The notes below the pieces were generated by a model. The model saw nothing but the letters and a program-made list of their open reading frames with translations, ran no database searches and was not told the origin of the DNA. Both the position numbers and the translations under genes were made by a program. From a virus, in IMG/VR virus record IMGVR_UViG_3300029381_000501: a stretch of DNA of 64,000 nucleotides; one strand, given 5' to 3'. Shown one piece after another: positions 17,287 to 26,444 of this stretch; positions within the stretch are counted from its first letter, which is position 1, and every line of letters starts with the position of its first letter.

Positions 17287-17911
17287 GCCGGACTATATTC
17301 GCCCTACTTCCTTCGCTGATGCCTGCACCAAGAGCAGCACCACTTTGCTTTCCGTCCGCATGCAGAGAGGATTGCCTAGTCTTGTAGGCTGGGTCAAGGG
17401 CAAACTGATAGAACTCTTCACCTATCTCGGAGTCTTCGACATTGTTACGGAGTATCAGGTTCAGACGCTTGCCGCAAGAATCTGTGCCAAGTATCACTAT
17501 TGGACCACCACCGAACTGGACTATGCCTTTGTCACCATCATGGATGGAAAGTACGGCAAGCTGTTCCAGCACAAGCACGATGATAACAACACGACCATCA
17601 ATCCGCAGGATATTATCGAAGCGCTCAACAAATACGAGCAGGATATGCTGGCAGAGCGTGGAAGGCTGGACGATGAACGCAGAAGGGCAGAGGAAATCAG
17701 AAAAGCAGCCGAAGAAGCGAAGAAGCCTCTTGGCTTGGAAGGCTGGAAGGTCTATTGCGAGAAGAATGGTCTGGATCCTGCCACCCATCGCATTCAGTCG
17801 GTAGATATGAGTCAGCATGACGTTAATCAGGTGCTCTACAAGACCGAAGAAGAGCGAAAGATGGCAGAACGGAAGTTCTATCGCCATGACAGACGTAAAG
17901 AACAGAAATAA
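17174..17911 (+). CDS. Hypothetical protein, basic/coiled C-terminus; true start uncertain (probably internal Met 17216 or 17360)
   Basis: 245-aa ORF overlapping the previous gene by up to 110 nt. Confidence 0.35.
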   Translation: MEQDGRMKFIQYRAMSNREQTILQQRQQESLVPIIKDKPDYIRPTSFADACTKSSTTLLSVRMQRGLPSLVGWVKGKLIELFTYLGVFDIVTEYQVQTLAARICAKYHYWTTTELDYAFVTIMDGKYGKLFQHKHDDNNTTINPQDIIEALNKYEQDMLAERGRLDDERRRAEEIRKAAEEAKKPLGLEGWKVYCEKNGLDPATHRIQSVDMSQHDVNQVLYKTEEERKMAERKFYRHDRRKEQK

Positions 17912-17929
17912 TTAAAACGTAACAAACTT

Positions 17930-18313
17930 ATGAATACATTACAGACAGACATAGCTATCGTAACAGCTATCTTATGGTTGTTGGCTATCGCAGTCATTGC
18001 CTACGACCGCATCAAATATCGCAAGTACTACACTTCAAAAAGCAAGCTGGTAGTGCTTCGCATCAACAACGCCGCAGTCAGAGAGGTGTTATCACAGAAT
18101 GGCATCAAGCTTTGCCAGTGTGCTTATTACAACACGAACCGCTATCTCTACACCATAGAGGGCGATCACATTTGCGGCTTCACCGAATCATGCACGCATC
18201 TGATAGAAGATGCCGTCAAGCACCACCAGGAAGTGATAGATTGCGACATCAACGTCAATCTTTTCGTTAGTGAAATCAAGAAATTGCAGGAAGATTATGG
18301 GAGTGAAGATTAA
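17930..18313 (+). CDS. Hypothetical protein with N-terminal TM helix
   Basis: 'IAIVTAILWLLAIAVIAY' hydrophobic segment. Confidence 0.35.
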   Translation: MNTLQTDIAIVTAILWLLAIAVIAYDRIKYRKYYTSKSKLVVLRINNAAVREVLSQNGIKLCQCAYYNTNRYLYTIEGDHICGFTESCTHLIEDAVKHHQEVIDCDINVNLFVSEIKKLQEDYGSED

Positions 18314-18521
18314 TGTAGAAGGATTTAAAACAAAAACTTTATTTAATACGGCATCAGAGTTGTTTATTAATAAAGTAAGAAGATGTGGCGAAGATTACGA
18401 CCATAGAGGTGCGTGCTCCAATACCGAACGTAAAGTACATATACGAAATCTCGCAAGAGAGGCGGCAGAAGAAGCTAAGATTTTTATTGAAGAAGTTTCA
18501 AAGGAAGGAGGTGAGCAATGA
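18297..18521 (+). CDS. Hypothetical protein
   Basis: ORF track 18270-18521; ATG 18297 overlaps the previous stop. Confidence 0.3.
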   Translation: MGVKINVEGFKTKTLFNTASELFINKVRRCGEDYDHRGACSNTERKVHIRNLAREAAEEAKIFIEEVSKEGGEQ

Positions 18522-19210
18522 AAACATTTGTATTTGATATTATGCTCAACGGAAGATTCATCTGCACTTTAAAGTACAAATATTGTGCGCTCTTCCCGAT
18601 TGACTTTGAAGATTTAACAAAGGTATGCTCTTCTCGTATCAAGATTAAGGCTGAGTTAAAGTTGGCTGACATCATTAATATCGGTGTCGAGTGGCTGAAA
18701 GATATAACATCACCATCTAAAGTTAAGGCAGATGGTGTGTTAAACGACAACGGAGACAGAAATAAACAGATTGGTTCAAGCGGTGACTCTGCTAAGATTG
18801 GTTCAAGCGGTTACTCTGCTCAGATTGGTTCAAGCGGTGACTCTGCTAAGATTGGTTCAAGCGGTTACTCTGCTAAGATTGGTTCAAGCGGTGACTCTGC
18901 TAAGATTGGTTCAAGCGGTTACTCTGCTCAGATTGGTTCAAGCGGTGACTCTGCTAAGATTGGTTCAAGCGGTTACTATGCTCAGATTGATAGCACTGGA
19001 GAAGATTCCGTTATTATGTGCGCTGGCAATAGTTCCAGAGCCAAAGCAAAGGTAGGCTCATGGATAACGCTTGCAGAGTGGAAATGGAGCGATGAGAAAA
19101 ATCATAATGTTCCAGTATGCGTTAAGACAGAGTACGTTGACGGAGAAAATGTCAAGGCTGATACTTGGTATCAACTTAAAAACGGAAAGTTTGTTGAAGT
19201 TGAGGAGTAA
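18518..19210 (+). CDS. Tandem-repeat protein with about eight 9-aa repeats IGSSG[D/Y]SA[K/Q]
   Basis: 27-bp DNA repeat in frame; unique N- and C-terminal flanks. Confidence 0.45.
   Translation: MKTFVFDIMLNGRFICTLKYKYCALFPIDFEDLTKVCSSRIKIKAELKLADIINIGVEWLKDITSPSKVKADGVLNDNGDRNKQIGSSGDSAKIGSSGYSAQIGSSGDSAKIGSSGYSAKIGSSGDSAKIGSSGYSAQIGSSGDSAKIGSSGYYAQIDSTGEDSVIMCAGNSSRAKAKVGSWITLAEWKWSDEKNHNVPVCVKTEYVDGENVKADTWYQLKNGKFVEVEE
18768..19000 (+). repeat. 27-bp near-perfect tandem repeat (ATTGGTTCAAGCGGT[G/T]ACTCTGCT[A/C]AG), about 8.5 copies, alternating two variants
   Basis: Read directly in the sequence; contiguous with no spacers. Confidence 0.8.
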
Positions 19211-19245
19211 CTGACATCCTGCAAATGATATAAATAGATAGTAAT

Positions 19246-19494
19246 ATGATTAAAAAGTACAGAAAGAAGCCAGTTACCATTGAAGCTATTCAGTGGGATG
19301 GTGAAAATTTATCTGAAATTGATAAGTTTACTCAAGCTAAAGTAAAGAATCATGGATTGGTTCTTATTATTCCAACACTTGAAGGAGATATGTATGCTTC
19401 TCTTAGTGACTATATCATCAAAGGTGTAAACGGAGAGTTTTATCCTTGTAAGCCTGGTATTTTCGCTAAGACTTACGAGGAAGTAACCGAGTAA
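19246..19494 (+). CDS. Hypothetical protein
   Basis: 82-aa ORF. Confidence 0.35.
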   Translation: MIKKYRKKPVTIEAIQWDGENLSEIDKFTQAKVKNHGLVLIIPTLEGDMYASLSDYIIKGVNGEFYPCKPGIFAKTYEEVTE

Positions 19495-19575
19495 CTAACC
19501 ACCCTCTCCTGCAACAGGAAGAGGGGAAAAAGAAGAGAAAAGCGTTCTTTGACTTAGTGGATTACCGCAAATAAA

Positions 19576-19607
19576 TTTGGAGATTACAAATATTTTCTGT
19601 ATCTTTG
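19576..19607 (+). promoter_or_regulatory. Bacteroidetes-type promoter: TTTG (19576-19579), 20-nt spacer, TATCTTTG (19600-19607), upstream of the KilA-N gene
   Basis: Exact consensus and spacing. Confidence 0.5.
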
Positions 19608-19630
19608 CAGCGTTTTAAAATATAAATGAT

Positions 19631-20509
19631 ATGGCAAAGACTAAGAAAATTACAGTTAAAGATGTTGAAATCTCTGTATTATTAAAGGGAGATGAGAATG
19701 ACTATATCTGTTTAACGGATATGACAAAAGGATTTGATGGTGGAAGTAAATTAATCGAGAAATGGTTGAGTAACAAATCTACTATTGATTTCCTTGGAGT
19801 TTGGGAGAGTATGAACAACCCTAATTTTAATTCCCCCGAATTCGGGGGAATTAGAAAAGAGACGGGAAGTAACAGCTTTTACATTTCCATCTCTGAATAC
19901 GTTAAAAAGACCAATGCAATAGGAATATTTGCAAAGGCTGGTAGATATGGTGGTACATTTGCGCATAAGGACATAGCTTATCATTTCGGAATGTGGCTTA
20001 GTCCTGAGTTCAATCTTTTAGTTATAAAAGAATTTCAAAGATTGAAAGAATCTCAAAGCAATCCTCTATTACTGCATTGGGATGTAAAAAGATTGCTTTC
20101 TAAGGTGAATTATGCTGTACATACTGATGCTATTAAAGAATGTATCATACCACAGTTGACAATAGAAGAGACTAAACGTAATATCACAAGCAGTATTTAT
20201 GCAGGCGAGGCTGATATGCTTAACCTTGCTTTATTTGGTTATACAGCGAAAGACTGGGAAAAAGCCAACCCAGTATTAGCTAAGAAGGGGTTGAATATGC
20301 GTGACACAGCTACAATTAATCAGCTTATTGTACTATCAGCAATGGAATCGTATAACTCTGTTCTCATAAAGGATGGAAAGCCTAGACGAGAGAGATTCCT
20401 TGCTTTACATAAAATGGCAAAGGAGCAATTAAAATCTCTAGACAAGCATAATGCAGAGCAACGATTTAGAAAACTATCTCCAGGAGATGACTCTCCTTTA
20501 TTAGAGTAG
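19631..20509 (+). CDS. KilA-N domain protein (phage antirepressor-like)
   Basis: 'ITVKDVEISVLLKGDENDYICLTDMTKGFDGGSKLIEKWLSNKSTIDFLGVWE' resembles the KilA-N/APSES signature; has its own promoter and terminator. Confidence 0.55.
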   Translation: MAKTKKITVKDVEISVLLKGDENDYICLTDMTKGFDGGSKLIEKWLSNKSTIDFLGVWESMNNPNFNSPEFGGIRKETGSNSFYISISEYVKKTNAIGIFAKAGRYGGTFAHKDIAYHFGMWLSPEFNLLVIKEFQRLKESQSNPLLLHWDVKRLLSKVNYAVHTDAIKECIIPQLTIEETKRNITSSIYAGEADMLNLALFGYTAKDWEKANPVLAKKGLNMRDTATINQLIVLSAMESYNSVLIKDGKPRRERFLALHKMAKEQLKSLDKHNAEQRFRKLSPGDDSPLLE

Positions 20510-20554
20510 GCTATATCAGCAAATTTTAAAACATAGGTCTAACGACCACTTTAT

Positions 20555-20589
20555 AAGCGGTAATCCACAAGTTGGGTTGCCGCTTTTTG
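20555..20589 (+). terminator. Intrinsic terminator AAGCGG...CCGCTT + TTTTT
   Basis: Hairpin plus T-run after the KilA-N gene. Confidence 0.45.
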
Positions 20590-20758
20590 TATTCAATAAT
20601 TTAAAAGAAAAGTATGATAAACATATTCAGACTTACATCACAGTTAGCCATCCTTCAAGAGGTAGCTGCCGACTATCAAGGCAAGACAATAGATAATATC
20701 ATTCAGCAGATGGAGGCAAGGTTGGATGAAGTAATTAAACAAGAAACAATTTAGAACT

Positions 20759-21064
20759 ATGGATAAGAAAGAGAAATCAATCAATAGTCATATTGGTAAG
20801 GCTATAGGCTATTCAGATAAGGCTCATGACGAGTTGCAAACCGCTCTAAATATTGCTTTGGAAGGAAAAGGGCTTAGTAACGAGGAAAAGGAACTTTTAA
20901 GCGTTGACTTTGCAACAGGTTCAGAAGAAGCCGTAGAGCGTGTTGCCGATGGTAGTTGTAATGATGAACATACAGGTGCATGGGATAGCCCAATTAGAGA
21001 CTGCCGAATATCTGAGGTATATCGCATGACAGGTGAGCAGATACGTGAATATTTTAAATTGTGA
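20759..21064 (+). CDS. Hypothetical acidic protein
   Basis: 101-aa ORF. Confidence 0.35.
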   Translation: MDKKEKSINSHIGKAIGYSDKAHDELQTALNIALEGKGLSNEEKELLSVDFATGSEEAVERVADGSCNDEHTGAWDSPIRDCRISEVYRMTGEQIREYFKL

Positions 21065-21378
21065 CAACTATGGATAAGAAGAAAGTTACAGAGCTGATAG
21101 AACAAGCTATCATTTGGAGTAGGTATGCTAACCAACATAGCGTTATCTCTAACTTAGAAGAAGCTTTGAAGGAACTCAACAAGCCAGACTGGGTATCTGT
21201 TGAGGATGAGCTGCCTCCTTATAACGAGAATGTGGAAGTTTGTAGCAAAGTAAAACCTACGGAAGTATGGATTGATTCAAGAGACAAATACATTAATGTA
21301 GGCAATAGCTTTAGATACAACAAGCTCTATGGTAATATTATCACTCATTGGAAACCTATTGATAAGTTGGAGGAATAA
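21061..21378 (+). CDS. Hypothetical protein (DUF551-like C-terminus?)
   Basis: 'VEVCSKVKPTEVWID...ITHWKPIDKLE' resembles the DUF551 end motif; weak. Confidence 0.3.
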   Translation: MTTMDKKKVTELIEQAIIWSRYANQHSVISNLEEALKELNKPDWVSVEDELPPYNENVEVCSKVKPTEVWIDSRDKYINVGNSFRYNKLYGNIITHWKPIDKLEE

Positions 21379-21851
21379 ATCGCAAGTCTTGTGAGTTGTA
21401 TGAACCAAAGTAAAAAGGGGTAGTTGCCGCTACCCCGAAAAAGATTCATTCTGCTTATACTAAGAAAGAAAAGCAAGTCCCATTTTTGGGATAGATGCGC
21501 TTTCCGTTCCTAATGATGTACTTGCAGAAAACACGAACCTTGTTGTCATTTGGATTCTTTTCCATCAAAAGTCCCTCCATCGTTTATCCAGACTTCTCTA
21601 TCTGGGGGAATACTGCCCACTACAAAGCAGTACAAGAAAAAAGCCCCTAAGCGGCAACTAAGGGGCTTTGTAATCTCCTTGAACAGAGGAAGAACGGCGT
21701 GTAGTGTCGCCGATGGGGGACTATGATGTCCTAGAATCCGAGTGCAAAGGTAGTCATTTATATGATAATATAAACAATAACAATGTTAATGTGTTTTAAA
21801 TATGGTCTAATTTAGACTACTCTAAAATAATATATAAATTTATAGTTAAGT

Positions 21852-22274
21852 ATGGACAGAAATCAAGCTAAAGAATTTTATCCTATTCTGCAAGCTTTTG
21901 CAGAAGGAAAGGTAATTGAGTGTAGAACAAAACCGAGTGCATTAAGCAAAAGCTGGCGAGGTATGAATGATTGGACGGAAATGAAAGAGATTGAGTTTTG
22001 GAATAATACAGAATACCGCATCAAGCCAGATAGTAAGGCGAAAGCAAAGTACCGCCCTTTTGCCAATGTAGAAGAATGTTGGACTGAGATGAAGAAGCAT
22101 CAGCCCTTCGGGTGGATAAAGTCTAAGGAAGATGGAAGTCGTTCCTTAATTACTCTTATTATTAGCGAAGAAAATATAGATATAAATTGTATCGGTGGCT
22201 TTACTTTGGACAAAATTATGAAAAGATTTACCTTTGCCGACGGAACAGTCTTTGGAATTTTAGAGGAGGAATAG
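21852..22274 (+). CDS. Hypothetical protein
   Basis: 140-aa ORF. Confidence 0.35.
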   Translation: MDRNQAKEFYPILQAFAEGKVIECRTKPSALSKSWRGMNDWTEMKEIEFWNNTEYRIKPDSKAKAKYRPFANVEECWTEMKKHQPFGWIKSKEDGSRSLITLIISEENIDINCIGGFTLDKIMKRFTFADGTVFGILEEE

Positions 22275-22277
22275 CTT

Positions 22278-22493
22278 ATGTATAGACCGATTACAATGTA
22301 TCAGATTGTTTGCGATAGATGCGGAGAAGTATTTGGCGGTACAGATACTTGCTCTGCACTATTCAATAACAAAAAAGTCGATATTGGTGACTACTCTGAT
22401 TGGGAAATGATAGATGGTAAGCATTATTGTCCAGATTGTTATGAAGTAGAAGTTATAAACGGAGTGTATAATGTTAAAGCAAAGGAGAAATAG
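22278..22493 (+). CDS. Zinc-ribbon small protein
   Basis: 'CDRCGEVF...HYCPDCYEV' two CxxC pairs. Confidence 0.45.
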   Translation: MYRPITMYQIVCDRCGEVFGGTDTCSALFNNKKVDIGDYSDWEMIDGKHYCPDCYEVEVINGVYNVKAKEK

Positions 22494-22495
22494 AT

Positions 22496-22789
22496 ATGGA
22501 AGTATTAAAAGACATAAGTCAGTTAACAAAAGGTTGCTTAGTGACATTTATTAAAAATGATAAATTCCAATTCTACGAGTACCTTATGGTACACCCTAAT
22601 TGTGAAACCTATTATCTTTTTATAGATAACTGGACGCAAGAAGTTGTACGAATACACGTCAGCGAACTCTTAAATGGAGATTACTATATAGGTAAATATG
22701 ATACTGTTTTCGTTAATAGAAAGATGATAGAATTTTATAAACGTATGATTCAGTGTCACGAGAATAGAATTAAAGAGAAGAGAACTTAA
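22496..22789 (+). CDS. Hypothetical protein
   Basis: 97-aa ORF, tightly packed with its neighbours. Confidence 0.35.
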   Translation: MEVLKDISQLTKGCLVTFIKNDKFQFYEYLMVHPNCETYYLFIDNWTQEVVRIHVSELLNGDYYIGKYDTVFVNRKMIEFYKRMIQCHENRIKEKRT

Positions 22790-22801
22790 AGGAGAATAGT
22801 T

Positions 22802-23056
22802 ATGGCAACATATAGAATAGTAGATATGTATCGTAAAAGCAAGGCTGTTAAAGGCATACATTACGATTCTTGGGGTAATCCAATATTGGCTTTTCGTGTA
22901 GATAAGAGATATTCATTGTTATTTGGACTTATCCATTATTGGGATTATGGTGCATATAACCTTTGCCCAGAGTATTTGTTTTCTTCGATTGATAAAGCAG
23001 AAGAAGCTATATTGAAGGTAGATAAAAGTAAAATAATAACAATTTTATATGAATAG
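22802..23056 (+). CDS. Hypothetical protein
   Basis: 84-aa ORF. Confidence 0.35.
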   Translation: MATYRIVDMYRKSKAVKGIHYDSWGNPILAFRVDKRYSLLFGLIHYWDYGAYNLCPEYLFSSIDKAEEAILKVDKSKIITILYE

Positions 23057-23059
23057 CTT

Positions 23060-23455
23060 ATGAAAGCAGAAAATATCAAGTTCAAGGCTAAACGTCTTGA
23101 CAATAATACTTGGGTAGAAGGTTACTTCTATGCTGAATGTGGTAACACTTACATCATCGAGGATAGGCAGAGTGAATCAATGCTTAATAGAAACGAGGCA
23201 CATCAGGTTGACCCTTTAACGGTCTGCCAATTTGCAGGATTGAAAGATTGTGAAGGCAATGAGATTTGGGAAGGTGACATACTTTCAAATGTCACCAATG
23301 ATAGTCCTGACGGAATAGTAGTGTTTAAATATGGCGCATTTTGTTTGCTCGCTAAGAATGGTCGTGACTTTTGCGTTGCACTAACATACCTTCTGAGTGA
23401 GAATGATTCATTAAATAGATTTAAGGTTATTGGCAATAAATTCGATAAGAAGTAG
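23060..23455 (+). CDS. YopX-like protein
   Basis: 'VDPLTVCQFAGLKDCEGNEIWEGDIL...FKYGAF' matches the YopX family core. Confidence 0.5.
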   Translation: MKAENIKFKAKRLDNNTWVEGYFYAECGNTYIIEDRQSESMLNRNEAHQVDPLTVCQFAGLKDCEGNEIWEGDILSNVTNDSPDGIVVFKYGAFCLLAKNGRDFCVALTYLLSENDSLNRFKVIGNKFDKK

Positions 23456-23507
23456 CATGGAAAAACAAATAACAATTAGTTTAGATTAGTACAACAAACT
23501 CATTGAT

Positions 23508-23813
23508 ATGCACACGAAAAGAGAGGAACTTCCCGAAAAGATAGAAGTAAAGAAGTTCACATCAAAGTGGTGGAAATGGCTCAAAAGAGCATCGTATTCA
23601 CTCTTTCACTACAACAAGAATGTTGAGCAACAGAAGCTCATCAAGCGTTGTATTAATGAAATGTCAAGTGTGTTCCTCGGTAATCTGTATGGTTATTGGC
23701 GAGGTGATTTATCTGACTATCTCAAAGATAGAAACAATTTTGAGTATTTTATGAGACGTTACGAAAATGATGCCTATCGTCACGTAATGGAATGGTTAGA
23801 TAAAAAGAAGTAG
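23508..23813 (+). CDS. Hypothetical protein
   Basis: 101-aa ORF ending in a TAGCGTATG junction. Confidence 0.35.
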   Translation: MHTKREELPEKIEVKKFTSKWWKWLKRASYSLFHYNKNVEQQKLIKRCINEMSSVFLGNLYGYWRGDLSDYLKDRNNFEYFMRRYENDAYRHVMEWLDKKK

Positions 23814-23816
23814 CGT

Positions 23817-24050
23817 ATGAAGAATAAGATTTTAAACTTAATCAAGTCAGCCGTTTGGTTTGTCTTGTGTTTGCTTGTAGGTGCATTGATTTTTGAGGGT
23901 GTCCGCTCTTTGGCTAATAGCAATGAACCTGCAAAGGAATTTAGTACAACAGTATTTACTAAGAATGGGCATGACTATCTGCTTGTGGACACGAAACACG
24001 GAGTTTGTGTTATTCACGCAGAGAGCTGCCATTGTCATAAAAAGAAATAG
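23817..24050 (+). CDS. Hypothetical protein with N-terminal TM helix
   Basis: 'AVWFVLCLLVGALIF'. Confidence 0.35.
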   Translation: MKNKILNLIKSAVWFVLCLLVGALIFEGVRSLANSNEPAKEFSTTVFTKNGHDYLLVDTKHGVCVIHAESCHCHKKK

Positions 24051-24053
24051 CGT

Positions 24054-24251
24054 ATGAAGGTTAGATTAGCAAAGAAGATAATGAAGCATAAATGTACTTT
24101 CCTCGATTTAGAAGAGAAGTACAAAAAGAAAGGGTATAATGTTAAGTGGTTGCTTGCATGGGCATCTTACGATAAAAGAAAGATGTGTCGGAATGCCTTA
24201 CCATTCGATCACCGCATCACCAAGGCGATAAGTTTAACAAGAAAGAAATAA
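24054..24251 (+). CDS. Hypothetical basic small protein
   Basis: 65-aa ORF. Confidence 0.3.
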   Translation: MKVRLAKKIMKHKCTFLDLEEKYKKKGYNVKWLLAWASYDKRKMCRNALPFDHRITKAISLTRKK

Positions 24252-24352
24252 TGGAGGAAAAGTAATATGGAAGCAGGACAATTTTTAGTGCTATTGTTGT
24301 CGTTTTGCGCTTTAGCATTACATATCAAGAATCGTAGAAGAAAGGGTTAATT

Positions 24353-24694
24353 ATGAACAAAACAGATTTACATTCATCATTACTCTTCCTAATGCTTAAA
24401 CTGGAAGAGGCAAAGAATAGCTCGATTCAAGACAAGAACTTTGTCTTGGCATTGACGGAAGTGCTCAGATATTTCCGTGATAACGGAGAGTTAAAGAAAG
24501 CCTATGAAATCCAAAAGGATTCTTTTATAGACCTTGCTAAAGGTAATTGGGCGAAATGGATAATGGAGATTCTTGCATCTAAAACGCAAGAAGAGGGTGT
24601 TGATGCAGAATTACCAGACATTAAAGCCTTAATAAAGGAATGCACTTCTGATGAGTTCATCGAAAAGAAAATCAAGGATATTCTTGGCGAGTAA
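24353..24694 (+). CDS. Hypothetical protein
   Basis: 113-aa ORF. Confidence 0.35.
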   Translation: MNKTDLHSSLLFLMLKLEEAKNSSIQDKNFVLALTEVLRYFRDNGELKKAYEIQKDSFIDLAKGNWAKWIMEILASKTQEEGVDAELPDIKALIKECTSDEFIEKKIKDILGE

Positions 24695-24789
24695 AACAAT
24701 CAATCCCCACCTAGCTTCACAGCCGGGTGGGGATTTTTAGCTAAATAAACAAACGTCTAACCTATAAAAACAAAAACCTAAAATTATAC

Positions 24790-25101
24790 CTAAATCAACT
24801 TATCTATGAACTTATCCAAATCCTTTTCATACCAAACAAGTTCGGTCCAGCCCTTGCGCTTCCGTCCCTTAGGGAGCCTGCCTTCTTTCACCAGCCGGTC
24901 AAAGGTAGCCCTGGAAACTTGGACATAACCGCAAGCCTCAGCTTTACTGATCGGCTCATCCTTGTTGGCAATCTGATGCAGGAAATTCAGCATCATTTTG
25001 TTCTGAAGCTTATTGGTAAGGCATCGCCCCGACTGAATCCGCTCATGAAATTCCATCAGGAGCGAGTCTATCATTTGGAGTTCTTCGCTAATCTTTCCCA
25101 T
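24790..25101 (-). CDS. HTH (excisionase/MerR-like) DNA-binding protein
   Basis: 'ISKAEACGYVQVSRATFDRLVKEGRLPKG' is an HTH_17-type motif. Confidence 0.45.
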   Translation of the reverse strand: MGKISEELQMIDSLLMEFHERIQSGRCLTNKLQNKMMLNFLHQIANKDEPISKAEACGYVQVSRATFDRLVKEGRLPKGRKRKGWTELVWYEKDLDKFIDKLI

Positions 25102-25104
25102 AAG

Positions 25105-25545
25105 CTAGCACTTTTTATTGTGATACCAGAAGGCAAAGCCGATGGCACATACTGCCAACAGAAAAAGAAATCCGATATAGCATCTTCCCAGTGTCATTAA
25201 TCTCTGCTCACTCTTGGTAAGCTGCCGCTCAACTGGTACTGGCACGGAAACTGAATCACGCTTGATGATGGTATCAAGCTTCACCTTATATATATTGCGG
25301 TATCGGTCCCGATAGGCAATCTTGCTTATCACTACGGTATCACCCTTCTGATACACATACACCGAATCCTTCACATACACACTATCCATTTTTGCGATAG
25401 TATCACTTCTCACAATATACTCAGTATGATACTCGGGAACCTTCACATACTCCTTTGTCTTGCAGCCAGTGAATACCAGCAGGATAACTCCAACCACCAA
25501 ACCGATGCAAGCCCATTTCCAAAATCTTATGTTATACCACTTCAT
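25105..25545 (-). CDS. Lipoprotein with C-terminal TM helix; unimolecular-spanin-like lysis protein candidate
   Basis: Signal peptide plus lipobox 'LVFTGC'; C-terminal 'YIGFLFLLAVCAIGFAFW' TM; last gene of the lysis cassette. Confidence 0.4.
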   Translation of the reverse strand: MKWYNIRFWKWACIGLVVGVILLVFTGCKTKEYVKVPEYHTEYIVRSDTIAKMDSVYVKDSVYVYQKGDTVVISKIAYRDRYRNIYKVKLDTIIKRDSVSVPVPVERQLTKSEQRLMTLGRCYIGFLFLLAVCAIGFAFWYHNKKC

Positions 25546-25548
25546 ACG

Positions 25549-25971
25549 CTATAGATTTTTATATTCCTCTTTCGCATTAAAACAAGGGCACATCTTCTTC
25601 CACTTCGACTTGTCTGCACCCCAAATATCACGATGCCCCATAATCGCCGCATTCGGATATTTCTTCTTCAGCGTTTTAAGCAGGGTAACCAGTGCATCCT
25701 TCTGCTCCTTGGTTCTGTTATCTACAGCCTTTCCCTTCGAGTCGATACCGCCTACATAGGCAATATTGATGGAAGTAGAATTATATCCCTTCACACCGTT
25801 GCTAACCATTTCTACCGGTAACATCTGATGAATGGCACCATCCTTGGTAATCACATAATGATAGCCGGGGTTCTTCCAGCCCTTGTGCTTGAACTCATCC
25901 CAAAGCTCCTTCACGCCCCATTCCTGAGAAGAGGCAGTACAGTGAACGAAAATTCTCTCAATCAGTCTCAT
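25549..25971 (-). CDS. N-acetylmuramoyl-L-alanine amidase (Amidase_2/PGRP, T7-lysozyme-like) endolysin
   Basis: 'HYVITKDGAIHQ', 'NSTSINIAYVGG', 'IMGHRDIW...KMCPCF' match the zinc-amidase motifs. Confidence 0.75.
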   Translation of the reverse strand: MRLIERIFVHCTASSQEWGVKELWDEFKHKGWKNPGYHYVITKDGAIHQMLPVEMVSNGVKGYNSTSINIAYVGGIDSKGKAVDNRTKEQKDALVTLLKTLKKKYPNAAIMGHRDIWGADKSKWKKMCPCFNAKEEYKNL

Positions 25972-26426
25972 ACTTTGCCCTCCTTCTCCTTTTCCAGTTC
26001 CTTCATAATCTCGGCAAAAGCCCTAGCAAGGTCCTCTTTGTTCTCCAGAAGAATGCTTACCGTTTTCTCCTGCTTCCGTATCTCTGCCTTCTGCCAGCTC
26101 TTCTCTCTTACGCTTACAAATTCACAGAACACGCAATAGCCTGCCCATATCATAGAGAAGACAGGGAAGGGGAGAACCGTACAGGCTATCAGGTCTATAC
26201 AGACCGTCACCATGAAGGGAGAGAAGTATTTCCTCGCCTTGTCGCAAGTCTTCTTGAATCCTGTACTTGTCGTAGCCAGTCCGTTCTCCTTCGCTTTCTT
26301 GATGCCAAAGAACAGGTCCACGCCCATAGAAATGATAAGAGCACCCATGCAGATGGCAATAACCAATGCCGATCTGTACAGGTGCTCTTGCAAAAATGTA
26401 TGAATAATCTCTGTCATATATACCAT
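25968..26426 (-). CDS. Holin-like membrane protein (3 TM, charged C-terminus)
   Basis: Three hydrophobic helices then a K/E-rich tail; directly upstream of and overlapping the endolysin. Confidence 0.45.
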   Translation of the reverse strand: MVYMTEIIHTFLQEHLYRSALVIAICMGALIISMGVDLFFGIKKAKENGLATTSTGFKKTCDKARKYFSPFMVTVCIDLIACTVLPFPVFSMIWAGYCVFCEFVSVREKSWQKAEIRKQEKTVSILLENKEDLARAFAEIMKELEKEKEGKV

Positions 26427-26444
26427 TAATATTGATTAATGGCG

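Noticed and set aside
17162-17887. 241-aa minus-strand ORF antisense to plus-strand early genes
   Set aside because: Antisense to a continuous block of plus-strand genes; no promoter or terminator context; the composition looks like a shadow ORF
18768-19000. Possible CRISPR array suggested by regular repeats
   Set aside because: Repeats are contiguous 27-mers with no unique spacers, are in frame within an ORF, and no cas genes are present, so this is a coding tandem repeat
19494-19560. Hairpin CCCTCTCCTG...CAGGAAGAGGG as a terminator after 19246-19494
   Set aside because: The stem is imperfect and followed by an A-run rather than a T-run on the plus strand, so it was not annotated
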